A DNA stretch of 50,832 nucleotides, from the IMG/VR virus record IMGVR_UViG_3300009506_000047, positions 1-50,832 of that record; one strand, 5' to 3'. The first letter of the stretch is position 1. Each line of letters opens with the position of its first letter. This DNA comes from a virus. Taxonomy: Duplodnaviria > Caudoviricetes. Shown here in pieces: positions 17,242-27,722 of this stretch. Under the pieces are notes generated by a model. It saw only the letters and a program-made list of their open reading frames with translations, made no database searches and was not told the origin of the DNA. The translations under genes and the position numbers were made by a program.

Positions 17242-19803
17242 CTACATAGTATAACCTGATGCCCTAGCCTCATTTAATGCTGGCAACAATTTAGTTTTAA
17301 TAAATTGACTGACTTCCTTTTCTCCTACTCTGGAAAGGTCGGCATAAGGCAAGGTAATATTTAGATTCTGTATATTTAGCCCTCCGCCACCCCGGATTTC
17401 AACTGGCACTTTACCGCTCTTCAATGGAATCACAGCCTCATCACTTTGTCCCTCGCCTATCATGGCAAGTGTCGGTTGCTTATATATCCCACCCCCGGCA
17501 AGTCGTGGAATCTTAAAACCGCCTTTGGCTATGCCACCATCAGCAAAAGCCGGGCCTAATTGAGCGACATCGAATAATCCTGCAAGCCCAAGTCCGGCCG
17601 CAGGATTGGCAACCCCAATTAGTTGCACCAAACTGCGAATGGCTTTTGACAATATCACATCTCTGATTAAGCTTTCCATTAATCGCTTAAATATCCCTTT
17701 GATTGAATCAGCAAAACTCCTAAAAGCATTTTCACTATCAGACAAACCATCAATCCACAAAGATACAAAATCATCTGAAACAGAATATAAAGAACTACTC
17801 AATGTTGATAGGGTTTCTGTAAATGCCTTTCCCCACTCTTTCGTTGTGCTTATAAGCTCATCCATGTCTGCATTAGCTTGATTTATCACCTTAAAGGTCT
17901 CGTTCCATTGATAAAGCCCGGTATTCATGCCCTTATCATTGCGTGGGATACCGCCCTTATCGGTTGCCCCTGTCAATCCTTTCCATATTGCATCAATTCC
18001 AGCTTTCTGTTTTTTGGCATCGGCTATGCGATCTTCGCGTTGCTTTCGACGCTCATTTTTCTCTCTGGTATAGGCATCTTGAAAAGCCCTGGATTGCTCA
18101 TCAAAGCTGGCAATAGCAAACCGATATTGTTCCTGCAAGCCCTCCTTAAATATCTTTAACTTTTTATCCTTTACATCCTTTTCTTGCTTGATTAAATCCT
18201 CTCCCTGCTTTTTGTAGGAAGCCGTCAAGTCATTAATCATTTCTTTATATGCCGCTTGCAATTCGACCTGTATAGCTTTTTTGCGTTCTGCTGTCGTTTC
18301 AGCATCGGCTAATTCTGCTTCCAGAGCTTCTTTAGTTGCCCTATATGTTTCCTGTATTGTTTTCTGCTCTCTGGCGTAATCACTGCCAGGCATACCCATT
18401 ATATTCGCCATTCTCAATCTGGATTGAGCGGATAATATATCTATAATGCCCTTTAGGTTAGATTTGTATTCATTAACGCTGTTGATATTTTCCGGTGTTG
18501 GCGGCCCGAAAACTTCACCTATTGCACCAGTTTTACCAATTAGACTCTGATATTCCTTATTAAGTAATAATAAGACATCATCTAATTTTCTATTATTAGT
18601 TAAATTTAATCCTGTCAGTTCATTTAAGCGTTTAAGATTGATACCCAAATCACCAAGTGATAAATTGGCTTTTTCAAATCCGGTGACCTGTGTGGGAAAC
18701 ATCCCTAACGCTTCTTTTAAATTATTTATGCGTTCCTTATCAACTTTTTCAATGATAATCTTCATATTTATTGGCTTGGATGCGGCATCGGCTATGCGTT
18801 TAATAGCAAATGTCAATGAAACAGCCGCCAATATTGCCGCCCCAATTGGTGTAGCTACTAGCCATGAAAGAGAAGAGCCAAGAACAGCAATCCCGGCCTT
18901 TACTTTGGATATTATTGCCGCTAGTCCTGCCAGCCCTGCAATTATTCCCGCAGTAGCGCCAATGCCAGCCGTTCCCCATGCTATCCATGATTTTGTTGTA
19001 TCTGATAAACTTTTGACTTTTTCTGTAATATCCGCCAAATCATTCAATATTTTAGCAAAAGTTGGCAAAAGTACATCGCCCAGTGTCGCCTTTAACTGGT
19101 ATAATGAATCATTAAAATTATCAATGGCATTTTGTGTGCCACCTGTGACGCGCGATTGTTTGGCTAACTGATCAGTCACTTTGGCGATTAACTGACTGGC
19201 GGTTACTCCACTTTTCGCTAAATCTTCCACAGGTGTATTATCGAATGCCAAAGCGATATATTTTCTAAGTGATGGCATGGATTCAGATATTTGTCGGATG
19301 TCCTGTCCCCAACCACTTGCCTTACCTCTTATCTGCGTTAATTGGACGATTACCCGCTCAAGCTCAGAACGTCCACCGCCGAATTTGACAATCTCATTTC
19401 CCCACTCCCGCATTATGCGCTTAGATTCTGCGAAACTAAAATTCAATGCTTGCAGGGAAGTTGCACCTTTTACCAATTCGGGAAGCCCTAAGCCCGGCAT
19501 CTTGGCAAGCTCAATCAATTCCTTGAATTGCCTGTTGGCTTCTTGCGTACTACCTGTTACAGCAATAAGGCTGAGTTTCATCTTTTCAATAGAGCCTGCC
19601 GCTCCGATAAATGACTTAGTTAATAAGCTCGCACCGGCGGCAACTGCACCAGAAAAAGCGGCAATGGCTAATCTGCCTGATTCTTTAGCACGCTTCTCTA
19701 TATTATCAAAGTGCTTGTCTAGACTTGAACGCATCTGATTTAGATTGCGCTGTAAGTCCTTTAGTTCTAGCTTGACTGTGACAAAGGCTTCTGCAAGTTC
19801 CAT
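17242..19803 (-). CDS. Tail tape measure protein
   Basis: 853 aa, helical with hydrophobic segments; C-terminal FADGG / IGEG..EAVIPL motifs. Confidence 0.92.
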   Translation of the reverse strand: MELAEAFVTVKLELKDLQRNLNQMRSSLDKHFDNIEKRAKESGRLAIAAFSGAVAAGASLLTKSFIGAAGSIEKMKLSLIAVTGSTQEANRQFKELIELAKMPGLGLPELVKGATSLQALNFSFAESKRIMREWGNEIVKFGGGRSELERVIVQLTQIRGKASGWGQDIRQISESMPSLRKYIALAFDNTPVEDLAKSGVTASQLIAKVTDQLAKQSRVTGGTQNAIDNFNDSLYQLKATLGDVLLPTFAKILNDLADITEKVKSLSDTTKSWIAWGTAGIGATAGIIAGLAGLAAIISKVKAGIAVLGSSLSWLVATPIGAAILAAVSLTFAIKRIADAASKPINMKIIIEKVDKERINNLKEALGMFPTQVTGFEKANLSLGDLGINLKRLNELTGLNLTNNRKLDDVLLLLNKEYQSLIGKTGAIGEVFGPPTPENINSVNEYKSNLKGIIDILSAQSRLRMANIMGMPGSDYAREQKTIQETYRATKEALEAELADAETTAERKKAIQVELQAAYKEMINDLTASYKKQGEDLIKQEKDVKDKKLKIFKEGLQEQYRFAIASFDEQSRAFQDAYTREKNERRKQREDRIADAKKQKAGIDAIWKGLTGATDKGGIPRNDKGMNTGLYQWNETFKVINQANADMDELISTTKEWGKAFTETLSTLSSSLYSVSDDFVSLWIDGLSDSENAFRSFADSIKGIFKRLMESLIRDVILSKAIRSLVQLIGVANPAAGLGLAGLFDVAQLGPAFADGGIAKGGFKIPRLAGGGIYKQPTLAMIGEGQSDEAVIPLKSGKVPVEIRGGGGLNIQNLNITLPYADLSRVGEKEVSQFIKTKLLPALNEARASGYTM

Positions 19804-20058
19804 CTATTTCATCCCTCTTGGCATCTTTAGCCCATATTTTTTAGCTTCTTCTAATAGGTCTTGATTGTTGGATGATCTTGATTCTGAGCTACCATTAAAA
19901 AGTTTTTCAATCTCAGGTATCGCCTTGATGTCATTGAGATATTGCTCTAAAGTCATTTGTCTGATCTCCCTTTTGCCATACCCATAATAGCGTCTTAAAA
20001 GAGGGAAGCCAAACTTGAAATCTATGGGCTTCCCTCTTGTGGCAGAATGGGAGGGTTT
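19804..20058 (-). CDS. Tail assembly chaperone, -1 frameshift extension (gpGT-like)
   Basis: The -1 frame is open (...RRYYGYGKREIRQMTLEQY...) from the slippery site A AAC CCT to a TAG abutting the TMP start. Confidence 0.8.
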   Translation of the reverse strand, partial: KPSHSATRGKPIDFKFGFPLLRRYYGYGKREIRQMTLEQYLNDIKAIPEIEKLFNGSSESRSSNNQDLLEEAKKYGLKMPRGMK

Positions 20059-20438
20059 GCGGTCTGGTCAACTCCCGGCATCAATGCGGTAAATCGCTCT
20101 ATCATACCATCCATACTTAAAACTGCTTTAATATCATCCGGCGTTAAATCTTTATTAACATCCAAGCAGCGCCGCAGCATGAAAGCTATGCCAGCAGGCT
20201 TTTGTAACTCTTCAAATATCTTTTCGTATGAAATATCTTCATTCATTATCTGATTTATCATATCCTTCCGCTCCTGCGGTTCAAGACTTTTGAGTATTTC
20301 AGACAATGACTTAAGTTTCTGATGCCTCAATACTTCGGTATATTCACCTAAATCATCAATGATGATTTTTCGCATCCTAAGTGTTTTACCATTTATTTCA
20401 ATGATTCTATCTGTACCTATTGCTTCGCTTGCCCCCAT
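20022..20438 (-). CDS. Tail assembly chaperone (gpG-like)
   Basis: Lies between tail tube and TMP; slippery heptamer near the 3' end. Confidence 0.8.
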   Translation of the reverse strand: MGASEAIGTDRIIEINGKTLRMRKIIIDDLGEYTEVLRHQKLKSLSEILKSLEPQERKDMINQIMNEDISYEKIFEELQKPAGIAFMLRRCLDVNKDLTPDDIKAVLSMDGMIERFTALMPGVDQTANPPILPQEGSP

Positions 20439-20464
20439 TTTATAGCTCCTTTTTTTATTTTATT

Positions 20465-21127
20465 CTACCATGCAATTGATTGAGTCTGAGTTTGCAATGG
20501 CCCAATACCGGTAAAAGTAATAGTCTCCTCAACTATTCCGTCAATTGGCACGCTGGTGCTTATTCCAGATACATAAGCGGGGCCTTCCAAAAAATAGGCG
20601 TTTGTCACATCGGGACTGGCATCATACCTGACGAAAAACCGCACCCAAACAACAGTTCCGAAATCATCATCTGGTGTTGTATCATCTGTTAGGTAATGGC
20701 GATCTGCTGTCGCTGTCCATGCCTTAATGCCTGCGATAAACGTTCTATAGCCGGCATCGCTGAAATCTGTCACATCCAGCATATCAACACCATTATCCAA
20801 TGTCCAATTATGAAAGCCTGCTATTTCGGTCCCAGGGCGTTTTTCATATACCCAGACTTTATCGCCTGCGGCTTCGGCAGTCAGTGAATCGCCGGCATCT
20901 AGTGTAAGCGTTCCATCAGCCCGGCTCGCAACGGTATAATCTCCATCATTAGATGTTGAGCCATAGACCGTAATCTCGGTGCTATCAGTAAAGCCATTTG
21001 CAAGCGTAAAGCCACTTGCAGTATCGGTAATCGTATCAGGATTACTATCTACAAAGGCAATAGTTAAGCCATAATTCAAAGCACCGGCTTTATATATAGC
21101 CCCTGTCGTTCCATTGAGTTCAGCCAT
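20465..21127 (-). CDS. Tail tube protein paralog 2 (with inserted domain)
   Basis: VDMLDVTDFSDAGYRTFIAGIKAW...ETITFTGIG. Confidence 0.8.
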   Translation of the reverse strand: MAELNGTTGAIYKAGALNYGLTIAFVDSNPDTITDTASGFTLANGFTDSTEITVYGSTSNDGDYTVASRADGTLTLDAGDSLTAEAAGDKVWVYEKRPGTEIAGFHNWTLDNGVDMLDVTDFSDAGYRTFIAGIKAWTATADRHYLTDDTTPDDDFGTVVWVRFFVRYDASPDVTNAYFLEGPAYVSGISTSVPIDGIVEETITFTGIGPLQTQTQSIAW

Positions 21128-21140
21128 TCAGATCACCGCC

Positions 21141-21506
21141 TTATGGTGTTGTATCTATAGTGATAGTCCCTGAGAATGTAAATGACGCAGTACATTCTAC
21201 TATACCATCAACGGCTGTGCTATAACTTATTCCACTTAGAAAAGCAGTACCGTTTAAGCCTAATCCAGTAGTAACCAATAGCGTCAATGTCGCACTGTCG
21301 CCCAATGCCGCTGTATTAGCGACATCCCAGTTATAGGTCACTGTTGCAGTGCCGCCTTTTAAGCCACCCTTAAAAGTTCTATATCCGCCATCGCCAAAAT
21401 CAGTAATATCAAGCATATCAACAGAAATATCGGATGTCCACTGCTTCGCGCTTGTCTGGAAATTTGTAAATGTTATTGATCCGCCATATCCTGCAAGTTC
21501 TGCCAT
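21141..21506 (-). CDS. Tail tube protein paralog 1
   Basis: VDMLDITDFGDGGYRTFKGGLKG...SFTFSG. Confidence 0.8.
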   Translation of the reverse strand: MAELAGYGGSITFTNFQTSAKQWTSDISVDMLDITDFGDGGYRTFKGGLKGGTATVTYNWDVANTAALGDSATLTLLVTTGLGLNGTAFLSGISYSTAVDGIVECTASFTFSGTITIDTTP

Positions 21507-21519
21507 TTTCTTTCACCTC

Positions 21520-21903
21520 TTAAACGGCTTTCATAATCTCATATTCTATTATGAACATGAAAGCCTCGTCTGTTTCATCCGGCAGTAATCGCTCCATACG
21601 CCGGATCATTTTATACTTCTTTGAGTCATCATCTGTTATCGTTGCATTGTCAAAAACTACTATAAATTTATCGTGAATATCATTAGCTTCCGCTGTATCA
21701 TCAGCAAAAATGCTGAATTGAAAGAAGCAATGGTCATAAGCCCAGTCAAAAGTAAAATCTGGCCTGCTACCCACTAGCGTAACTACACAATATGGCATAT
21801 CCGCTCTTGGCGGTGCTTTCGTGCTATATATCCTCGGTAGTGCCGCCTTAAGCGTTGCATTGGCGTTCCAGAGCGTCTTAATGCCTTCGAATATATCGGT
21901 CAT
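21520..21903 (-). CDS. Tail terminator/completion protein (DUF3168-like)
   Basis: RIYSTKAP..ADMPYCVV; synteny. Confidence 0.75.
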   Translation of the reverse strand: MTDIFEGIKTLWNANATLKAALPRIYSTKAPPRADMPYCVVTLVGSRPDFTFDWAYDHCFFQFSIFADDTAEANDIHDKFIVVFDNATITDDDSKKYKMIRRMERLLPDETDEAFMFIIEYEIMKAV

Positions 21904-22256
21904 GCCCTATTCCTCACAAAATCTTCTACCATTGACTCGAAGCTGGCTTCTTGCGCTGTCCCGCCCTTATACCCGATAACGCCATACAAAGCGGGCCTGA
22001 GATATGGCCTAGGGGACATTTTCCGCGTCCCAAGCTCCACATAAGGAGCATATTTAACATTGGTTCCAACTCTACCAACTATGTTTTTGTCGTTTATCTC
22101 GACTTCGGTTGTTATGCTTCGCCTCAATTGCCCTGTATCTACAGGTACAATCATCTTTGCCCCTCGCTCAACCAGATAGCATATTTTCTGAACATGCTGA
22201 AAGCCGGACTTCTCGGCGGCTGTCATTAATTCCTTATCATTCCATTTCTTTATCAT
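21900..22256 (-). CDS. HK97 gp10-like neck protein
   Basis: PVDTGQLRRSI...YAPYVELGTRKMSPRPYLRPA. Confidence 0.9.
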   Translation of the reverse strand: MIKKWNDKELMTAAEKSGFQHVQKICYLVERGAKMIVPVDTGQLRRSITTEVEINDKNIVGRVGTNVKYAPYVELGTRKMSPRPYLRPALYGVIGYKGGTAQEASFESMVEDFVRNRA

Positions 22257-22597
22257 TCAGCATCAATTATCCTTAGATAAACTTCGTAATGATGATTGCC
22301 TATCAAATCATGTTTTTCAACGCCTATGATATTATAATTGTCTGATGCAATCTGAATTCTGTTTGGCTCTATCAATTTAGCTCTTTCGGAACTGGTCAAA
22401 GCATTATAATCAATGAATAAAATATATTTCCCGAAAGCAGTATCTTTGCCATCTGCCTGACGTTCAGAACGTGTTACTGATTGAAAAACACCCTTAAAGG
22501 TCTTTATTGTTGTCCATGAATTGGAAACATCCATACCATCACCGATTGATGTAGATAATTCCTGTAGCTTGCAAGTTGTTTTATTGCCATATACCAT
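22253..22597 (-). CDS. Head closure / head-tail adaptor
   Basis: Synteny, size, YNIIGV motif. Confidence 0.75.
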   Translation of the reverse strand: MVYGNKTTCKLQELSTSIGDGMDVSNSWTTIKTFKGVFQSVTRSERQADGKDTAFGKYILFIDYNALTSSERAKLIEPNRIQIASDNYNIIGVEKHDLIGNHHYEVYLRIIDAE

Positions 22598-23442
22598 TAT
22601 AATCTTACCTTATGATATTTACTATATATCTGATCAAATCCATCAACTACAACAGTATCACCATAGGTAACTGATGTTTGCCCAGTTCGATATGATTTAA
22701 TTCCTGTTACTCCTGTCTGCTTCTTATTCCATGCAACCTCAACCATCTCGTTAATCAAACCTTGCAATTCATAAGGCATATTGGAGCTTGAATATCCCGC
22801 AGTATATTTTATTGCTATGTTTTTATGACCTTTAGGAAAGCCGGGAGCATAGAAAATATAGCCTTCGCCCTCTTTCTCATAAACAATATAATCCTCAAAG
22901 GGTTCGTTAATCATTGGCAGGTAATCATAGCTTGCGGCGGTTCCATCCCATGAACCGACAAAATAATTCTGAACTTTGATTAAATTGGCTGATAAATAGC
23001 TGGCATAGTCAGTATCATATAGTTCTGCTGACCAACCATTGCCCAGAGCATTTATAGCCGCCACAAGAGACGTCAAGGTGGTATATGTCGCCAATGCTAA
23101 TGCTGACGACCCAGCATAAGACCCACCGGAAACAGTCAAGGTCATATTGGTATCGTCAATAGTTATATAAGCATTATTGGCATCTGTGGCAGTATTTTTT
23201 ATTTTGATAGCGTCTGTCTTAGTGCCGAGATATGCCACTGCCGTTATTGGCATCTGTGGCAAATATAAATGACATCCACCGGTTCCATCATAAGTTTCCC
23301 AATATGATGTTGACTCAAATTCCCGGTCAAAGGTACTTTTGACAAATGCCTCCGCTCTTTGGTGCATTAGTTTCAAGACCGCATCGTCATTATCGCCCTC
23401 GATTCCCAGAAATCCTTTTAATGTGTAAAAATCAAGTATCAT
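22597..23442 (-). CDS. Head-tail connector (gp6/gp15-like) with insertion
   Basis: LKGFLGI..DDAVL; KYTAGY..MPYEL. Confidence 0.8.
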   Translation of the reverse strand: MILDFYTLKGFLGIEGDNDDAVLKLMHQRAEAFVKSTFDREFESTSYWETYDGTGGCHLYLPQMPITAVAYLGTKTDAIKIKNTATDANNAYITIDDTNMTLTVSGGSYAGSSALALATYTTLTSLVAAINALGNGWSAELYDTDYASYLSANLIKVQNYFVGSWDGTAASYDYLPMINEPFEDYIVYEKEGEGYIFYAPGFPKGHKNIAIKYTAGYSSSNMPYELQGLINEMVEVAWNKKQTGVTGIKSYRTGQTSVTYGDTVVVDGFDQIYSKYHKVRL

Positions 23443-23739
23443 TTAGACCACCTTAAAGGCTCTTTCAAAAGGTAAAACTTCTGTTCCGATTGTCACCAAG
23501 AAAAGTACGTAATAAGTATTGCAAGCCACAAATCCAGCTACTGATGTATCCACAAGACCATATATATCAGGACTCGCGGTTGAATTATCGGCAATGGTCG
23601 CTGATGCTGACGCCTGAACCGATGTATCGCTAGAATCAAATACCTGAAAAGTAGCGGAAGTCACTGTCACAGTCCCGCCATCCCTTTCGTTTACCGTTAT
23701 CCATATATTTTCTTTACCATTTTTAATGATGGTTTCCAT
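23443..23739 (-). CDS. Hypothetical virion protein
   Basis: 98 aa, beta-rich composition. Confidence 0.6.
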   Translation of the reverse strand: METIIKNGKENIWITVNERDGGTVTVTSATFQVFDSSDTSVQASASATIADNSTASPDIYGLVDTSVAGFVACNTYYVLFLVTIGTEVLPFERAFKVV

Positions 23740-23987
23740 TATTCTATCCTATATTTGGAATCCAAAGGTGAAATATTATGTTTAGAATTTACAGATGAAA
23801 TACTATATTTAGAAATGAGCGATTGTATTTCGTAAAATAGCCCTGTTGCTGCTTCTGAAATAGTTATTCCCGTATATTGCCAAACACTAGCAGGGCGGGG
23901 TATAGTGCCAGAGGGAATAATGGCACTATACCCAGGGAACATCAGTCGAGTGGTAGAAGCTCTTTTTTGGGCTGTATCAATTGCCAT
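23739..23987 (-). CDS. Hypothetical virion protein
   Basis: 82 aa, MAIDTAQKRAS start. Confidence 0.6.
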   Translation of the reverse strand: MAIDTAQKRASTTRLMFPGYSAIIPSGTIPRPASVWQYTGITISEAATGLFYEIQSLISKYSISSVNSKHNISPLDSKYRIE

Positions 23988-23989
23988 GT

Positions 23990-26182
23990 CTATGCTCCTG
24001 TCCCAAATTCGCCACGAGTATAAGTCGTCCCATCATCTGATTGCGTTGCCTTTTGGTCTATCGTATCACCTGCATCATTATATATATTAATGACTGATGA
24101 TGTTGTTGTTGATTTATTCCGCATAAATTTATATAGATAACCAATCTTGGCGGCTAATGATGCGGTTGCCGCTGGCGCACCCTGGCCCGGTTCGGCGAAT
24201 GTATCGGTATTCAATACGTCTAAGACTTGAGCATTGACATCAGCGGCAGATAAATTATTCAATGCCGCTATATTGGTAATAATTGAATCTATAAGTAAAT
24301 CCAATCTTCCACCATCAGTCCAGTCGCCTTGCAATTCATTGGTATCGGCTAAAATAGCATCAATGAGCAAATCCAATCGCCCACCATTGACCAAATCAGT
24401 TTGCAATTCATTAGTATCACCCAATATCGCATCTATTAATAGGTCAAGTCGGCCGCCATCTGCTAATTCTTGCTGTATTTCATCCGTATCCCCAACTATG
24501 GCAGCTAATTGGGTGCTATTAGAATCCATTTCTGCCCTTATCTGTCCTACTGTCGGAGCAGTCGTTCCAGGAGCGGTAACGAAGATTTTCACGCCGTCAC
24601 CGGCCTGAATTGTAAAGTCCGGGGCTGAATCAATAGTAACTGTCTTGGTTGCTCCTGTATATGTTGCTACTACTCTAATACTTGGATAATCTGAATTACT
24701 GGCATCATATAGAACTACTGCTTGGTCAACATAGGCATCGTCCTGATCTGAACCTGCTGTCAACGTAAATGATGTTTGGCTGTTTATACTTGCTATTGTG
24801 GTATCATCCAATACATTTGGATTTGTTCCCCCGGATGGGGCTTGTTCAAGCGCATTAGCAGTATATCTCGAAACGCCTCCATCATTTTCAACTAATTCAT
24901 TTAATAAGGCATCCGCTACGCCTGGTTTGCTTGCTGGATCATAAGTAACTGCAAATATATGGTCAAGATGATTCGCTTCAATGGCATCCTGCACTTCTGA
25001 CTGAATCTCAGCATCCCAGGCAGCGTTATATGGAACTGCTGTCAAACCTGCCCCGGCTGCGCCGATTTCTGTTGTATCAATTACGATAGCATCTACTATT
25101 CCATCTATCGTATCAAGCTTCCCTTCATTGGTGTCACCTTGTGCAGTAAGTTCATCCAAGATTAAATCGGTTCTGCCGCCGTCTGCAAGCTCCTGTTGCA
25201 GTTCATCAGTATCCCCAACAATTGCCGCCAATTGCGTTGAATTGGCATCCATTTCAGTTCTAACATCGGCTGCTGAATGGGTGCTAAATCCAGTTGCCGT
25301 TAGACATTGCGGTAAGCTATCAGTATCTTTAACAAATCCCGTTCCCTTTATATCAGTCAAATGATTCTCTAAAGTCGTCCCGGTATCTACTAATATAGCG
25401 TCAATATCATCGTCTTTGTCTGTCTGGTCTGAGCTACCCATAATATAATTTGTCGGCAATTTATCAGAAATCGTATCAAGAATTGATGCTCCGTTTTCCT
25501 CCATCTCAGCTTGAATCTCTGCGGCTGTAGGAACGGCATCTATCTGGTCGCTTAATGTTTCTAATGTATCACCATCTGCGCCAACTCTGGCTATTTGCGT
25601 AGCCCCTGAATCTGCGCTGGCTATTGGAAAAGCGGTAGTCTCATCATATTTTGCTGATGTTATGGCATCGTTAGCCAGGACTACACCATCAGTCCCGGTA
25701 TCGGCTAAAATCGCAGTCACATTTGAAGCCATTGTATCGGCATCAAGTCCGCCAGCATCAGAAATAACTAATCCTCCTGCGGCATCTGCGGCGGCATTTG
25801 GCAATGCTGTCAAGCCTGCCCTTACAGAATCATAAGGGTTCATATCTATTAAGGCTATATAGCAACCTATCACTATCATTCCCGTTACTGCTCCACCAAC
25901 CATAACACCATTGCATCCTGTAGCAACTGCGGCATCCGGCAAGTCCAACCTGTAATATCCATCGCCAATATGCTCAATTCCGCCATCTGAATGTGCAGAA
26001 TCAAGAGCCGCTAAAGCCGCTTCGGTAATAGATGTTTTGGTTGCAGCTTCTCTACGATACCATAAGTCTATTCCAGACGTGTCATAGTCAACTCCTGTTT
26101 CGGGTGTGCCATCTGTACTATCTATTATTCTTATGACAACTGACTGATCAGTTGAATTCTTCACTATATCCCGCATACTCAT
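23990..26182 (-). CDS. Highly acidic repetitive fibre-like virion protein
   Basis: 730 aa, Asp/Thr/Ala-rich, with DT(N/D)E(L/I)QxxxxxGGRxDLLIDxI repeats. Confidence 0.7.
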   Translation of the reverse strand: MSMRDIVKNSTDQSVVIRIIDSTDGTPETGVDYDTSGIDLWYRREAATKTSITEAALAALDSAHSDGGIEHIGDGYYRLDLPDAAVATGCNGVMVGGAVTGMIVIGCYIALIDMNPYDSVRAGLTALPNAAADAAGGLVISDAGGLDADTMASNVTAILADTGTDGVVLANDAITSAKYDETTAFPIASADSGATQIARVGADGDTLETLSDQIDAVPTAAEIQAEMEENGASILDTISDKLPTNYIMGSSDQTDKDDDIDAILVDTGTTLENHLTDIKGTGFVKDTDSLPQCLTATGFSTHSAADVRTEMDANSTQLAAIVGDTDELQQELADGGRTDLILDELTAQGDTNEGKLDTIDGIVDAIVIDTTEIGAAGAGLTAVPYNAAWDAEIQSEVQDAIEANHLDHIFAVTYDPASKPGVADALLNELVENDGGVSRYTANALEQAPSGGTNPNVLDDTTIASINSQTSFTLTAGSDQDDAYVDQAVVLYDASNSDYPSIRVVATYTGATKTVTIDSAPDFTIQAGDGVKIFVTAPGTTAPTVGQIRAEMDSNSTQLAAIVGDTDEIQQELADGGRLDLLIDAILGDTNELQTDLVNGGRLDLLIDAILADTNELQGDWTDGGRLDLLIDSIITNIAALNNLSAADVNAQVLDVLNTDTFAEPGQGAPAATASLAAKIGYLYKFMRNKSTTTSSVINIYNDAGDTIDQKATQSDDGTTYTRGEFGTGA

Positions 26183-27195
26183 AAAATAGCACCCCCGTTA
26201 AAATGGTCATGTTGTAGCATAACTATAGGCATCGCAATTCCGCCACCGGCCGCAACATATTCATGCGCTCCCATATCGTATGTACTTCTAGCCGTTCCAA
26301 ATATGTCATCCGAATATAATCCAGAACTCGGATCATCTGTTCCGGCATCTATGGCGTCAGAATCGGAAGCAATAGTAAAATCCTCGCTTCCTCCGGTAGT
26401 TGATACAAAGCTAGGATCATTGCCACCCGTTCCCGAATCAAGGGAATTTGCGCCAGGAGCGGTGGCATCCTCAGACATATTGTAATCACCATTTACTGAT
26501 CCATTAAAATCATTATTTCCACTCGCATATACTATCGTATTGTAGCAGGTAGGAGATTGCGTGATCTGGCTAATCCCATCAGTGCTACAATTATATACAG
26601 TACAATTATAAATATCGCAAGTAAACGAATATCTATAGGAATATACTCCTGTAGTGCAGTTATAGATTACTGTGTCCCATATTTGATAGTCAATCTGATA
26701 GCCATTTCCACCCGCCAAATATATTCCAGTTGACTGATTATCTACATGACATATTATACAATCTTCTATAGTTATATTCCCTATAGTGGTCGAAAAAGAT
26801 AAAGCTAAATTTAATACAGACGCCGCGCCTGACGCCGCATCTGTCGCCATCTGCAAGCCTTGTAGTTTACCATATTCTGAACCACTGGACACACTTATTA
26901 CGTTCTTGCCGCCGGTACTTCGATTTTGAAGTAAATATATTCCACCTCCGAACCTTAATGGGGATGTAGAAATCCTGTCAGCTTCATCCACCCGAATAGC
27001 CCAGTAACTATCAGCATCAGTTGCCCAGCCAGAAATAGTACACAGATTAAGATTGCCACTTTCTTCAATGCTTCCTTTTACCCTTGCAACTTCGGCATTC
27101 CCGGCTCTTATATCGCCATTTCGAGCATCTTCCCACAGGACAAGAGTTGGATAATCGTTAGCCCCGCCATTTATATCTTTGATTGTTTCTGCCAT
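26179..27195 (-). CDS. Parallel beta-helix repeat protein
   Basis: IYNCT repeats; C-terminal AIDAG...DIFGTAR...DMGAHEY. Confidence 0.7.
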   Translation of the reverse strand: MAETIKDINGGANDYPTLVLWEDARNGDIRAGNAEVARVKGSIEESGNLNLCTISGWATDADSYWAIRVDEADRISTSPLRFGGGIYLLQNRSTGGKNVISVSSGSEYGKLQGLQMATDAASGAASVLNLALSFSTTIGNITIEDCIICHVDNQSTGIYLAGGNGYQIDYQIWDTVIYNCTTGVYSYRYSFTCDIYNCTVYNCSTDGISQITQSPTCYNTIVYASGNNDFNGSVNGDYNMSEDATAPGANSLDSGTGGNDPSFVSTTGGSEDFTIASDSDAIDAGTDDPSSGLYSDDIFGTARSTYDMGAHEYVAAGGGIAMPIVMLQHDHFNGGAIL

Positions 27196-27722
27196 TCTTC
27201 GAGCAGGGTTTTCCCTGTCTCCTTGTTAATTATATGACTTGCTATATCATCAAATTGATATGCTGTCTTGAAATCATTTACTGATGATATATCAACGTTT
27301 AGCTCCAAACTTGTTTGATAAGACGATACCTGCGCTCTGCTTGGCTTCTTGCCGGCAATATCGGTCTTAGCATAATCCATAATTGCCGGCTTAATAGCGC
27401 ATTTTGCGGCCCTATTGGTTTCAATTATCTGCCTTTTCGGATTGTCCAAACTCGGCACATTAGCAAAATCAAGATAATAAATTCGTTTTGTTACTATTTC
27501 TTCATCTTTGTCTAATTTAGAGGATGTCATTAAAGTTGCCAATTTATCTTCATCAATATGAGATGTGTCAATCTTTAGAGCGTGATAGACTTTATCGCCC
27601 TCCCGGCCAAATGTAGTTATATTGTCCGGGAAGCATTGGATAATATCACCATGCTTTGACTGACGACTTGCACATTCAATACTATCAGGATCATTCTGCC
27701 CTATTTTTACGGCTAATATCAT
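27171..27722 (-). CDS. Hypothetical protein, paralog of 27719-28270
   Basis: Shared AVKIG, TTFGxxGDK and DISSVNDF motifs. Confidence 0.75.
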   Translation of the reverse strand: MILAVKIGQNDPDSIECASRQSKHGDIIQCFPDNITTFGREGDKVYHALKIDTSHIDEDKLATLMTSSKLDKDEEIVTKRIYYLDFANVPSLDNPKRQIIETNRAAKCAIKPAIMDYAKTDIAGKKPSRAQVSSYQTSLELNVDISSVNDFKTAYQFDDIASHIINKETGKTLLEEWQKQSKI

